This document shows, piece by piece, positions 1-14,269 of a stretch of DNA of 64,000 bases. The DNA is taken from contig OZ024742.1 in NCBI GenBank assembly GCA_964016885.1, forward strand, positions 91,078,001 to 91,142,000, read 5' to 3'. The notes beneath the pieces are model-generated. The model worked only from the letters and a program-made list of their open reading frames with translations. It was not told the origin of the DNA and made no database searches. Source of the stretch: Eledone cirrhosa. Its lineage: Eukaryota. Position 1 is the stretch's first letter. Every line of letters starts with the position of its first letter. The position numbers were made by a program, and so were the translations under genes.

Positions 1-126
1 AGCCGTCGAAACGGCTTGAGCTCAGCCATCGGGGTCCTACTCGTTCCTATTAGCCACTCTACTACCCTAAGTATTGAGTACTTTGGTGCGTTATGGTCCA
101 CCTGGTTCCTTACCACATTTCCTTCG

Positions 127-198
<72 letters not shown>

Positions 199-214
199 GT
201 ATATATATATATAA

Positions 215-276
<62 letters not shown>

Positions 277-278
<2 letters not shown>

Positions 279-561
279 GATGAAAGATTTAAGACATGAA
301 CAAATTCATATCAGTAGACCTCATGTAGATTACGAACAGCATGATCTGAAAAAGAGTAGAGAATCTGGTAAGAAATATGCAAATTTGGGAGGTCTTAAAA
401 GACATGAGATCCAAAAAGAGGAAAGTCCAAGAGGAATCTACAGTTGCCATGTATGCACAAGAGAATGCAAATCTTTGGCTGGTTTGAAGAGTCACATTCG
501 TGCCTCACATTTTTGGACATTTCATCAAGCGACGGCAATACTGGAACACGAGCTTGCAGCC

Positions 562-564
<3 letters not shown>
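277..564 (+). mobile_element. 5'-truncated RTE-clade LINE 3' end (C2H2 zinc finger plus 3' UTR stem-loop) inserted in (TA)n
   Basis: Translation [24 protein letters not shown] matches the C-terminus of the LINE at 36179-36586 ([24 protein letters not shown]). The 3' UTR caagcgacggcaatac..gcagccttc matches 36592-36630. Confidence 0.8.
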
Positions 565-604
<40 letters not shown>

Positions 605-609
605 GTACA

Positions 610-728
610 GTGAGTTCAAATCCCGCCGAGGTTGACTTTGCCTTTCATCCTTACGGGGTCGATAAAATAAAGTACCAGTAACGCACTGGGTAATTGCTGG
701 CCTTGTGCCTAAACTAGAAACAGTTATT
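610..728 (+). mobile_element. tRNA-derived SINE (family with tttgcctttcatccttacggggtcgataaaataaagtacca core), partial
   Basis: B-box-like gagttcaaatccc followed by a core repeated more than 12 times in the window. Confidence 0.8.
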
Positions 729-859
729 TTATTCAGCGGTACCATACCAGGTACGTACGTTTCGTTAGCCCTGGAGACCAACTTGTTCAACATTTGCCTA
801 CACACAGACGCATATCACACACAGCCCCCCCCCCCCTCCCCCACGTATACATATATATA

Positions 860-961
860 GCGGTATAGCGACTTGGATCCTGCTACACTGGAGTAGTCGC
901 AAATGTCTACCATCATAATCTTGTTAAATTTAAAAGACTAGTGCTATGCACCACAAATATA

Positions 962-1029
<68 letters not shown>

Positions 1030-1037
1030 TATATATA

Positions 1038-1133
<96 letters not shown>

Positions 1134-1261
1134 TATATATATATATATATATATATAGGTATATTTGTGGTGCATAGCACTAGTCTTTTAAATTTCACAA
1201 GATTATGATGGTAGAAATTTGCGACTACTCCAGTGTAGCAGGATCCAAGTCGCTATACCGC
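860..1261. repeat. 105-bp inverted repeat (860-964 / 1157-1261) flanking a (TA)n tract
   Basis: The arms are reverse complements with 2 mismatches by eye. Confidence 0.9.
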
Positions 1262-1500
1262 AGACACCATTTTGTAAAGAGGTTATTTTTACTTTATAGG
1301 GCTCACAAAAACTTGCTATAGAAAATACTTTGAGTAATTATCACCACCTTCAGAAGATGCCAACAAGTCTGAGGAAATGGCAAAAGATGGCATCTCATTT
1401 CGGCAGCCAATATAGACAATGGCGGTGGTTTGGGAAATAGGTATGAAACAAATGTGCGCACCCTCGCACATACAGACATACACACATACAGACACACACA

Positions 1501-1562
<62 letters not shown>

Positions 1563-1606
1563 ATGTGTATATGTCTGTGTTTATATATATATATATATAT
1601 ATATGA

Positions 1607-1653
<47 letters not shown>

Positions 1654-1993
1654 CAGAAATTAAATTCCTGTAAAAACCAATCTGAGCTTTGTCGATTTAT
1701 GTCACTCTTATATCATTCTTACCATGCCTTCGTCACTTGAGACAGCTGATAACTCTCACTTCTAACGTTTCTTATTTTTTTGTATTTAGAAATTTATATA
1801 AAAGTGGGGAAACAGACTAAACAGTTTCTACCAAATAGTTATAAGACAGGCTGATGCAAAAATGAGGAGAGGTATGGAGTTATTGACAAGAACGTGAAGC
1901 AAACAAAATCAAATAGTACGTACTCGACTATTCAACATTGCTAAAAATCAAAAGCATTTAACTACTATTACGACTATTACTACTACAGCTATT

Positions 1994-2103
<110 letters not shown>

Positions 2104-2913
2104 TTTATGTTAGGCTATTTACCAATGGATAGAACTGGTAGTTCGGGTTGGGAAACGATGATGCAACAAATTGATTAAAGAACTCGACGTTATGCAAATT
2201 ATTCATCATATATATGGTATCCAGTGGTTCGTGAAGGAACGGAGTTAAGTATTCATGAAAACCATGACAAAAGGCCGGACTGGAAAATTTACATTTGAAG
2301 ACAACGTGCCTGTGTTTACGTGATCTGGCAACGGTAATAAGCTTTGAAGGCAGCCAAAACTCCCCGAACGTCACTCTACACTGTTAAATTTATTAAAATA
2401 GACTCTATCTTATGTAATCCAAAGCTATAAGGTGTAAGACCCACCCTTTATCATGGGTCTGATCGATCCGGGAAAACTTACAGTGGTTATACAACCATAA
2501 CAACAACCACAACAACAACCACAACCACAACCACAACCACAACCACAAAACCACAACAACAACATTGATTTCAATGTTTGTCGTATTGTTGAATTATTTT
2601 TGATTTATACGTGGCTTCCTTGGTTAATCTCTCATTTCCCTTTCCCTTCACATGAGACACTGCTAATTTGGCATTTATTGACACCATATAGGTACATTCA
2701 AGAGACTAAGACAGGGGTTCACTCACTCAATCACACAAAAGGAAACGTACAAATATAAACACCAACATACATACTCATATATATATATACACACAAAAAC
2801 ACACACATACACAAATAGACATATATACATACATACATGATGGCTGCCCCCTCGTTATCGAGTATGAACATACATATCTGTATACATATATGTATATATA
2901 TATACAGAGATTG

Positions 2914-2969
<56 letters not shown>

Positions 2970-3260
2970 GTGTGTGTGTGGGGGGGGGTATGTGTGTGTA
3001 TGTATGTATGTATGTATATATGAAACCAAGTTAAAGTACAATTCGGTGGATATTTTAGTATTTCTCAGCATTTCAGGTAGCCAGGCTGTCTAGAGACAAA
3101 CAGTTAGAGTAAAATAGAAATCAAAATCACACATAAAACAAAAGAAAAATATATAATAATACGGTGGAAGAGAGAGGAGATGGGTAATAGAAAGAGACCG
3201 AAATAGTGTGAAGGAGTTATTTTGTTTTCGTTTTCTTTGATTGTTCGAAATATTATGTTA

Positions 3261-3340
<80 letters not shown>

Positions 3341-3366
3341 ATTATATATATATATATGTGAGTAGG

Positions 3367-3455
<89 letters not shown>

Positions 3456-3460
3456 TTATA

Positions 3461-3548
<88 letters not shown>

Positions 3549-4381
3549 TACACACACACACATATATATATATAGCACATATATGTGTGTGCATACATAT
3601 ATATATATGTACGTACATGCATATATATACGTGTGTGTGTGTGGGGGTGTTTGGGTTTATTTGTCTATGTATGTGTGTGTGTGTGTGCGCGTATGTGTGA
3701 GTACGCATGTAAGTATATACGAATGCATGTATGTATTATTTTTACTCTTCTCTTTGAGGTCAATTGTGACGGTCACAAAGCTGTTAAAATCACTAACAAC
3801 AACGTCTGGTCACATAAGTAATATTTTGACAACCCAACGAGAATAATTGGAAATCCGATAGGGGGCGCCAATTGCTATGGCGGCCGATGGACAGCAACGG
3901 AAGAATATTGGGCCCTGGCTGCACTGTTGTCTCAGTCATCGCCGTTGTCGTTGTTGTTGCTAGTGTAGGTGGTGGTGAATTGGTGGTTTTGATGTTTGTG
4001 AGTGTGCTGGTATTATTATTCTTATTATGCTTGTTATTGTGTGTTAATGGTGGGGTTTTGTAGTGAATAGGAACAGTTATTTCTTCTTTATTTTTTCCTT
4101 GTATTTTTATATTTGCTTCATATCTTCTTTTCTGTATTTATTTATTGATATATATTTTTTTCAAATATCTATGTCGTTTCGTCTAATTTTATTGTTTCGT
4201 TTCGTTTCTTTTTGACGTACCTCTGTGCCGTGCAACAGTCCATTTATGAAAATACATTATCAACTCAATGCTTGTTATCCTTTCCCTCCAACAGGCATCG
4301 GGTGGGCTCCAAAGAAGCGACATTGCTCTCTCATCACTCTACCTACTCTCTCTCTATATATCTCTCACATACACACAGAGT

Positions 4382-4441
<60 letters not shown>

Positions 4442-4831
4442 ACACACACACACACTCTCTCTCTCTCTCTCTCATTCCTCACTCGTCACACTAACTGACC
4501 TCCATGTATCTCTCTTTTTTACTCACCAGCTCTCTTACTAACTCTCTACCATTTATTCTCTTCATATTCACTGCCTTTCTTTCTTTCTCACTCATTCTCG
4601 CCCCCCCCCCCCTCTCTTTCTCTCCCTCTCTCTGTATATATATATATATAGCGAGAGAGAGAAAGACAGAATGAATAATTACGTAGATACATAGATAGAT
4701 AGATGGAGAGATTGATAGATAGATAGAGAGATAGGTTGATAGGTAGAGATGGATAGGTAGATAGATACATAGTTTGATAGGTAGGTAGATAGGTAGGTAG
4801 ATAGGTAGATAGAGATAGATAGATAGCTAGC

Positions 4832-4932
<101 letters not shown>

Positions 4933-5336
4933 GCCCTTATAGATAGATCCTCGTCACAAACAGGCGATACGATAAACCTTGGTGATATGGCTTTGAAATC
5001 TACTTTCGCGTGATGTGTAATAACTGCTACAGAGACAGCTCGTAACAGAGATTTACAACTCTCACCTTTTGTCTCACTTGTACGCCTGCATGGCTGGTAG
5101 CCTGGCTGGATGGCTGCCTAGCTGGTCGTTCAGTTGGGCAGCGTCTACTGGCAGTGCTAACTCAAATGTAAGTGGGGTTTAAATGATAATTATTGGGATT
5201 GGTGATGTTGGGTTATTGGAAGGAAGTTGATGTGGTTGGTGTGGAGGGTGATATTGAGTATCAGCACATGAAAACGACCCACTTTGTCCTTGTTCAATCC
5301 TAATTAAATCCACACACGCACACAACACACACAGAC

Positions 5337-5402
<66 letters not shown>

Positions 5403-5594
5403 GAGTCCTAGAAGTCTAGAACAGTATCATTCGTATGAAATCATCAGTAATTCCATATGGTTTCATACGAAGGAAACAAGTCTAGTTCTGTAGACCATGT
5501 ACCTATATATATAATAAAAATGCCTAAACTCTACCAATATATTGAATAACGTTTTTAACTGTGATACCCCACGAGACAACTCGGGAATCTACAC

Positions 5595-5651
<57 letters not shown>

Positions 5652-5954
5652 AATGTAGAAAAGTGACGCAAAAAGTTACAAATAGTAAAAATGAAAATAC
5701 TACAGTAGAAAATGCTGGAGGGATGTTTTCATTATAATATCAAAACATTTATTTATAAAGTGGGTATTTCCGCATTTAATCCTGGTACCGGTTTCAGCAT
5801 TATATTCTTTTTCAACGGCGGAAGTACAAAGTGCAGTTAAGTTTCATATTTATACGAATAATAATAAAATGGAGGAGAAAAATTATTAGTCTTTACATAC
5901 ATAATTAGAGAGGAAAGTTCATGTTTCTGTCCGAGGCTATCCTTTGCTCTCTGT

Positions 5955-6041
<87 letters not shown>

Positions 6042-6194
6042 CAGTAGTGTTAGTAATAACCACAACAGCAAAAGAAGGAGGGAGAGAGTTATGTTGCATC
6101 AACCATTTTATCTCTTCGGACTTCTTTCTCAGCCGAGCCGCGCTCCTCCGAATTTTGCGTATATCATTCTGGATATCTTCTGTTCCTTTATTTC

Positions 6195-6335
6195 AGTCAG
6201 GTGGCCAAGCGGTAAGTTTGTTGGACGTACAATCATAATGTCTTAATTCGATTGTTGGATCGGGTCGTGTGTTGTGTTCTTGAGCAAAATCTTTGATTTC
6301 ACGTTATTCCAGAATATTCAGTTGAAAATGGGCTC
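6195..6335 (+). mobile_element. degenerate tRNA-derived SINE (Meta/V-type family, homologous to 24183-24442)
   Basis: A-box-like tggccaagcggtaag, and gtgttgtgttcttgagcaaa..atttcacgtt shared with the 24.2-kb copy. Confidence 0.6.
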
Positions 6336-6418
6336 CGTGAAATATGCAAGCCCCAACAGACACATAGACATAACAAATACAATAACACACACACACACGC
6401 GCACACACACACGCACAC

Positions 6419-6463
<45 letters not shown>

Positions 6464-6582
6464 AAGGCGCAGGTGGAAACGTATGTATTTACCCGAAACA
6501 CGAAAAACACACAACAAAAAAAGACAAGATGTAGTAACAGATTAAGAACACAAAGAAGAGGAGGCACAGAAGAGAACATATA

Positions 6583-6625
6583 GTCATTGAGGAGGCCACA
6601 GAATGTGTGACGAAAGAACTTTGAC
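6583..6625 (+). ncRNA. minimal type-I hammerhead ribozyme motif, degenerate (family B)
   Basis: gtca TTGAGGA g gccaca gaatg tgtgac GAAA g aa c TT tgac. Has a C3U core change and is homologous to 38043-38087. Confidence 0.6.
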
Positions 6626-6755
6626 GAACCAACTAGTAATTAAAGATAAAGTGAAATGTTGAAATTATATGGTGCGTGTTTCTTTTCATTCGCAACACTG
6701 GCAACATGACCATCCGCAGTATGACAACACACACACACGCAGTATGACAACACGC

Positions 6756-6790
<35 letters not shown>

Positions 6791-7257
6791 AACACATAAA
6801 CACATATATATATTGAGCTGACCACAAAATGCCGGACATATATCGTCGATGAATTATGATTGTGTCTGGCAAATTGTCCAGTCATCAAATAGTGAGGAAC
6901 GGAAAGGCAGTCGGAGAGAGAGGGGGGTGAAATGGGGATGGTTCGAGAGATTGCTAATAATTTAGAGAGCATTGTGAAGTCTTGGATTGTTTGTTTAACT
7001 GGGTGTGGCAGCGGAGGTTTGTGGTGTACCAAATGTTATGTATGAGCGGAAGGAAAGAGTAAATTGCAATCACGCAAAACAAACATCAAAAGGAGCTGGG
7101 GAGTCAAGCATCATTGAACATCTAGATATATTAGCATCCTGATTCCGGCATTTGATTTATAGAACACCGTGTCTCTTCATCATTCTTTTTCTCTCTGTAT
7201 TTTTTTTTCTCTCTTCCCCTTCGATTTCTCCAACAACCTCTTCTCTATATATTCATT

Positions 7258-7341
<84 letters not shown>

Positions 7342-7470
7342 AGAGTTTTTCTTTTCATTTATTCTTTCAGTTGTCTCCTTAGTCTTTTTTCTTCACTCCT
7401 TTTTCCGTTCTCCTTTCCTTCTTCACACTCCTCTCTCTTCACACACATTTCTCTACCTTTTCTCTTTATT

Positions 7471-7542
<72 letters not shown>

Positions 7543-8377
7543 ATACATACACACATACACGCGCGCACACAAACATACATATGCGCACACACACATTCTC
7601 TCATTTTCTCACAAAAGCTTCTGTTTATTCCCTCTGACGGTCTTGGAAGATTTTCACTTTTCCTCTGTTTTTTCGTTTTGTTTCATCTCCCCTCCTCTCT
7701 TATTTTTCTCGTATATTTCTCTTTGTCTCTTTCGTAATTTCTTCCTTTTTATATTCTCGCTTTCAAATAGTCCAACTTTGAAATCCAGTTTTAGAATTGT
7801 CTTTACTTTAAATCGAAGTTTTATCTCTAAATACCAAATAACAACTAAACAGCAATAGCAGTACGCAAATTCACAGCATGTTGTTTTTTTGTATACTCCA
7901 AAGTCGAACTATAAGGCGTTCCAGTCTTTCTTGGATATAGTGTATTTATAATATCATCCAAAGTATTCTTCTGTCTAAATGGCTGGTATGATATTTTTTC
8001 AGGATTAAAAAACTACATATATTTAATAAACTTTGAAATCAAGATTTCACACCTGGATCATGTTTAAAAAATGGAGTCACTTAATGAGGATCGGACATCA
8101 AACTCATAAAAATCTAGTGTTGATGAAAATACTGAAAATGCGTGATTAAAGTCTGGGAAATTATAGGTGAAAGAATTATATTATTTCAAAACATATATAT
8201 ATATAAACACTGTAATTAAGGTCGAGTGACGTAATTTCTAGGGATCAGCGGCTTTTAGACTCACCTGATTAATGAAACAATTGTTAATACTGTAAATAAA
8301 CCCTTTTTGTACAGCCGACCATGATATTCTTCATTCTTTTACTATATATATATATATATATACACACACACGCGCGC

Positions 8378-8445
<68 letters not shown>

Positions 8446-8629
8446 TTACATGTATGTAACCATTTCTCTTCTACACGTAATTATTGCCTCGTACTTTTTT
8501 CTCGATAGGATTCTGCACAAATGTCATAAATTTAATACGAAGCGTCACCTGAATTTTTATTTCTGATAGCAGCACTGAGAGAGATTATAGGAATCTGCAC
8601 ATACATACAGACACGCGTACATCTGCATA

Positions 8630-8691
<62 letters not shown>

Positions 8692-8774
8692 CAGAGAGAG
8701 AGAGAGAGAGAGAGAGACACACACACACACACACATGTGCGTGCATATATGACTGACTGATGGAGAATGACCTA

Positions 8775-9110
8775 AGCATACTGACAGTTTTTCACTCAAA
8801 GAATATGGCCTGAAAAGATATCCAGTGAGGAATTGCTTGGTAGATGACAACACGAAAATATGTCAATAATCCTTCTTATAAGAAGATGGAAGTGGATAGG
8901 GCAAATTCTCACAGAGGAGCAAAAAAGCATTCCAAGAACACCCCTTCGTTGGACAATCGAGGAAGTCAAAAGAACACATGACGCAAAATACTTGAGGGAG
9001 AGATAAAGACATGGCAACATACATGGGGTACCATCCAAGAGCTGGCACAGGACAAACAGGAGTGGAAGACCTTCGTTACTTCCATACATGCCAGTGGGCA
9101 TAACGGATAT
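8775..9110 (+). mobile_element. RTE-clade LINE 3' fragment, pseudogenised
   Basis: Translates WPEKISSEELL..IRRWKWIGQIL..PRTPLRWT, typical of the RTE C-terminal region, with stops. Confidence 0.75.
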
Positions 9111-9128
9111 AAATATACATATCTATTT

Positions 9129-9235
<107 letters not shown>

Positions 9236-9383
9236 GAAGGTGAGTAATATTGTAGAACAATAAGACTATGCATATATCAGATAAGTAGCACTAAACTCCG
9301 ATGCATTCTTTATTGATGTCGACATATATAGACTTAGCACTTTCCTGTAAACAAGTGCTATTATGCCTCATATGATGTTACCT

Positions 9384-9453
9384 TATTTTATCTGATGAGA
9401 ACACAATTTTTGTCCCATGATGATTTTGTATTTGAAATGCGCATAATAAAATA
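9384..9453 (+). ncRNA. type-I hammerhead ribozyme motif with intact core, in a ~265-bp element between (TA)n tracts
   Basis: tattttat CTGATGA gaacacaa..ttgtattt GAAA tgcgca TA ataaaata. Perfect 8-bp stem I and palindromic stem III (atgcgcat). Confidence 0.8.
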
Positions 9454-9492
9454 TACGGAACTCTTTTAATCATCTTTTAATTTCTTCTTTAT

Positions 9493-9530
<38 letters not shown>

Positions 9531-9843
9531 CGGTTTGCTTGTTTCGTAATTTATATAAAATGTGTTATACTTGCTTGTCTTGCACATATTATAGCGCGTC
9601 TTGTTTATATCGACGACGAGGACGACAATAATGATGATGATTATAAAAATGTTGCATATTTGTATGCATATATGTATGTGTATATGTATGTGTTTATGCA
9701 TATGTGCATATGTGCATTTATCTATATATCTTTGCATATATATATGCATGCATATGTATGCATGCATGTATATACGTATGTACGTATGTATGTATGTATG
9801 TATGTATGTATGTATGTATGTATGTATGTATGTATGTATGTAT

Positions 9844-10396
9844 GGTCGGGTGGTTGGCGACTAAACTGGCAACCCCACCAAGGTTTCTTGGTGAGGAGGG
9901 TGACTTTGGACATCCTGCAGGACTAAAAACAAAACCTGTCAAAGGGCAAAGGAGCTCTTAAGAGTCAATGGCCATCCAAAATCACAGGGAGAGATGACCC
10001 CTTAGCCTTTGTCAAGGCAGAATTCTAGGAGAAGGAAAACTCTGATATAACACCTGCAACCCTGATGGTATCCAATGATGTTGACTTGTTCTTCTTTTTG
10101 GTAAATATCATCTTGGTTAAGAGAGTGGGACTGGCTTTGTGCAGTGCCTTTGCTCACTATAAAAGCTTCACGACACAGGCATTGCTTTATAGCTGGAGAT
10201 CTCTCTGCACTTGTTGTCACATGGTACCATGGGCCCAGCACTATGTGTCAGTAATTGTCACAAGTGTAGTGTTTGTACCAGAGTTTTCAAGTCACTGGCT
10301 GGACTAAAAAGTCACACTCGTTCAGCACATCGGTAGGGGTTCTCCTACATGGATATAAAGTAGTGGCCGTACTCGAAAACGAGTTGGCAGCCACCA
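9844..10396 (+). mobile_element. non-autonomous RTE-derived element (5' UTR-like part fused to zinc-finger/3' end), (ATGT)n tail
   Basis: Carries the RTE-type 5' motif ctaggagaaggaaaactctgat. The 3' end encodes [22 protein letters not shown] and has the shared 3' stem-loop. Homologues at 10581, 28697 and 41462. Confidence 0.75.
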
Positions 10397-10473
10397 TGTA
10401 TGTATGTATGTATGTATGTATGTATGTATGTATGTATGTATGTATGTATGTATGTATGTATGTATGTATATGC

Positions 10474-10504
<31 letters not shown>

Positions 10505-10580
10505 TGTATGTATGTATGTATGTATGTATGTATGTATGTATGTATGTATGTATGTATGTTTGTATGTATGTATTTATGTG

Positions 10581-11082
10581 TTAGTCCTGCAGGATGTCCA
10601 AAGTCACCCTCCTCACCAAGAAACCTTGGTGGGGTTGCCAGTTTAGTCGCCAACGACCCAACTCATCCAAAATCACCGGGAGAGATGACCCCTTAGCCTT
10701 TGTCAAGGCAGAATTCTAGGAGAAGGAAAACTCTGATATAACACCTGCAACCCTGATGGTATCCAATGATATTGACCTGTTCTTCTTTTTGGTAAATATC
10801 ATCTTGGTTAAGAGAGTGGGACTGGCTTTGTGCAGTGCCTTTGCTCACTATAAAAGCTTCACGGCACAGGCATTGCTTTATATCTGGAGATCTCTCTGCA
10901 CTTGTCGTTACATGGTACCATGGGCCCAGCACTATCAATAATTGTCACAAGTGTAGTGTTTGTACCAGAGTTTTCAAGTCGCTGGCTGGGCTAAAAGGTC
11001 ACACTCGTTCAGCGCATCGGTAGGGGTTCTCCTACATGGATATAAAGTAGTGGCCGTACTCGAAAACGAGTTGGCAGCCACC
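10581..11082 (+). mobile_element. second copy of the RTE-derived element, with an inverted 5' segment
   Basis: 10581-10660 is the reverse complement of ~9845-9926. From 10664 it is near-identical to 9973-10396. Confidence 0.8.
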
Positions 11083-11841
11083 ATGTATGTATGTATGTAT
11101 GTATGTATGTATGTATGGGTGGATGGATGGATGGATGTATGTATGTATATATATATGTATGTATGTATATACGTATGTATGTATGTATATATATATACGT
11201 ATGTATGTATATACGTATGTATGTATGTATGTATGTATGTATGTATGTATGTATGTATGTATGTATGTATGTATGTATGTATGTATATACGTGTGTATGT
11301 ATGTATGTATGTATGTATGTATGTATGTATGTATGTATGTATGTATGTATGTATGTATGTATCTATGCATCTTCTCTTTCAGACTCGCATCGTATATAGC
11401 TTCTTCCGATGAATTCTTTATTGATGTCGACATTGTTGTTGTTGTGTTGTTTATGTGTTAAATTCGATTAGTTACGCTACATGGGGTATTCACCGTCAAC
11501 AGCGGAAGTCGATCTGCTTCCTTTGTTTAGTTATGTTTGCACCTTATCATTATCGTATAGAAATTAATAGGTGAAAAATCGATCTCACTCAATACAGCAA
11601 ATGCAGTAGGCCGGTGCCAAACATTGCTGGTTAACATAAAGCATGCGAGAGAGACTCTCCCTCTCTATTTCCCTCTCACACAACATATATGTATATATGG
11701 TGTGTGTGTGTTTGTGTGTATGTGTGTGTGTGTGTGTGTGTCAGTAAGTGGGGTTTGTGTACGTGATTTAGTGTGCATATTTTAAACCTGCTTGTGTATT
11801 TTCTTTGCATGCAAACACACACAAACACAGACACACACACA

Positions 11842-11929
<88 letters not shown>

Positions 11930-12493
11930 CTCTCTCTCTCCCTCATACACACACACACACATATATATATATGCTTATATGTACATGTGTGTGTGTGTGT
12001 GTATGTTTGCATATATACATATTTCGTAACATAGGCATATTTCTCGTTGTTTTAATCTGTTCCTTAACTTTTCTGGTTGATTAAACTTTTACCACACTAA
12101 TATATCATTAATATTTCGATTATTATTAATGTTTAAAAGCGACCCGGGCAACACAACGTGCAATGCTTTCGCGCCACATATTTATGTATAAATCCTCCAT
12201 ATTTTTACCATCAGTTTGATATTTTACTCGAGTGATTACAAAAAATTGTCAAAACAAAGTCGTAGGTGTCAGTTGTGCAATAGTACAAGAACCGTCAGAG
12301 GAAACTTAATCTTTACTACAGTGCAGTTGGAACGGAGAGTCCAGGTAATAATTGTTGGTCCATATTTCATACATTTCTTGGCGTGGGAATGTCCCTCATT
12401 GATTTTGTCTGTTCCTTGATTTTTTAAGTTGAATTGATTATTGGCAGTCTAATATAACTATTATATAACGGTTATTATTAAGTGTTGATTGGC

Positions 12494-12820
12494 GGTGGAT
12501 TGGCAGTATCGGTAGAGGGTCGATAAAATAAAGTACCAGTAAGGCACTGGGATAATTGCTGGCCTTGTGCCAAATGTAGAAACAATTATTAAGTGTTGAT
12601 ACCTTCATATCTTGGAATACTTTTGCCTCAGGGTAGCGGGATTGGCAGTATTAGTAAAGGGTCGGACGTTATACTTTGCAGTGTAGAATTACGTCCCTCT
12701 ACGATCTGAGTTCAAATCCTACCGAGGTTAACTTTGCCTTTCATCCTTACAGGGTCGATAAAATAAAGTACCAGTAATGCACTGGAATAATTGCTGGCCT
12801 TGTGTCAAAAATAGAAACAC
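12494..12820 (+). mobile_element. two tRNA-derived SINE copies (one internally deleted)
   Basis: ggattggcagtatcggtagagg head and gtcgataaaataaagtaccagt core. Confidence 0.75.
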
Positions 12821-14269
12821 CAACAGAGTATTTTGTCTTAACATAGTATTAAATAAATATACTAGAGTATTGAATAAAATCGCAAGCTTTAGAAATAAAC
12901 GTTTCCGTGTCCATTTTATTTCATAGAATTTTCTCCTCTAAATTTGATAAGTCGTCCATGGTCAAATTGCTACTTGGCATAATCCAAACTGAAATTCAAT
13001 GTGTTTCTGTAAATATGAATATATTTGTAAACATATCAATGAATTCAGATTTTTTACAACAAAAAAAGAAAATTCAACTACATCTGTACATTATTTTCAT
13101 ATAATATATGTTTATTTTTATACAAAATATTTTAAGAATCTAAAACATAGTGGCCATTGACGATGCAATGATCGTACTTCGTTACATCATTTAAACGGAA
13201 ACGATGTGAAATGTTAGTGAACTGTGAATTTTCTGAACCAATGACGTTTACTATTCTTTACAATGGAATATATAGAATATCTGTAGAATTGCAAGGAAGG
13301 TGAGAAATTCCACAGAAACTGCTTAGATATCTATTACTTACGGTTGATTAAACGTCGTTCTTCTTCTTCTTCTTCTTCTTCTTCTTCTTCTTCTTCTTCT
13401 TCTTCTTCTTCTTCTTCTTCTTCTTCTTCTTCTTCTTCTTCTTCTTCGTGCTATTGTGAGCTCGAGCAAGTGTGTTGCTTTAACGTATTTATAACGTTTT
13501 GTTGTTATTTTTTTGTCTGACAAAGGGGACATAAGGCTTTAGTCTTTGCCTTTGAGAAGGGACAGCTCATAATATTTGGGCCTCGGGCCCAAATATAGGA
13601 ACTTTTATTCGTCAATTTGACGCTCACAAGTATTTTATTTTAAAAATGGAGGCGATACGCCTCCCTACTTACAACCAAAGCAGCCAAATGTACACGAAAT
13701 ATGACAGCGACTCGATTTCGAGTCTAAATTTCGACAATAACGTCAACACCTCCACCACAACCTCTCCCGCCACAACTATCACCATCACCTATACATACAA
13801 TAACACTATTAACACAGCCAGCAGCACCACCAACAGCAGCAGCAACAACAATAACAGTAAAGCCAACACAAACAACGACGACAATTCATATAATAAAGAT
13901 ATATGAAAATGTTAATTCTGCATTACCAGAATCCAACATCGCCAACAGAGACAGCAATAAATATAATACACCTCCACCGCCACCACAAGCAACAACTCCC
14001 ATATCATTACAACAACAAAAAGCACTGACACGGGTATGAATACGAAAAACAATAAGAGTGACAGCAATGAAAGTAGCAGTAACAACAACAAGAACAGTAC
14101 CAGTAATAGTAACAGCAACAACAGCAGCCAGAAAATAAACGCAGATCCGTGGGTGAACCTTCACAAAACAACATGTAAAGTTCTCTTTTTATTGTTAATG
14201 GGTGACGGGAACTGTATCTAAGACCCACGCTAGGACTATGTTGGTGTTAGCAGATAGGGGAGGAATGTA

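Noticed and set aside
1-34. 3' half of a hammerhead (GAAAC ggct..agcc ATC gggg)
   Set aside because: The 5' core lies outside the window and the site has a mismatch, so it cannot be called.
10835-11023. C2H2 zinc-finger ORF as a possible host zinc-finger gene exon
   Set aside because: It is the C-terminus of the RTE family and is followed by the LINE 3' stem-loop and tail.
13646-14221. Asn/Thr/Ser-rich ORFs
   Set aside because: Degenerate (AAC)/(AGC) low-complexity tract with no domain signal or splice evidence.
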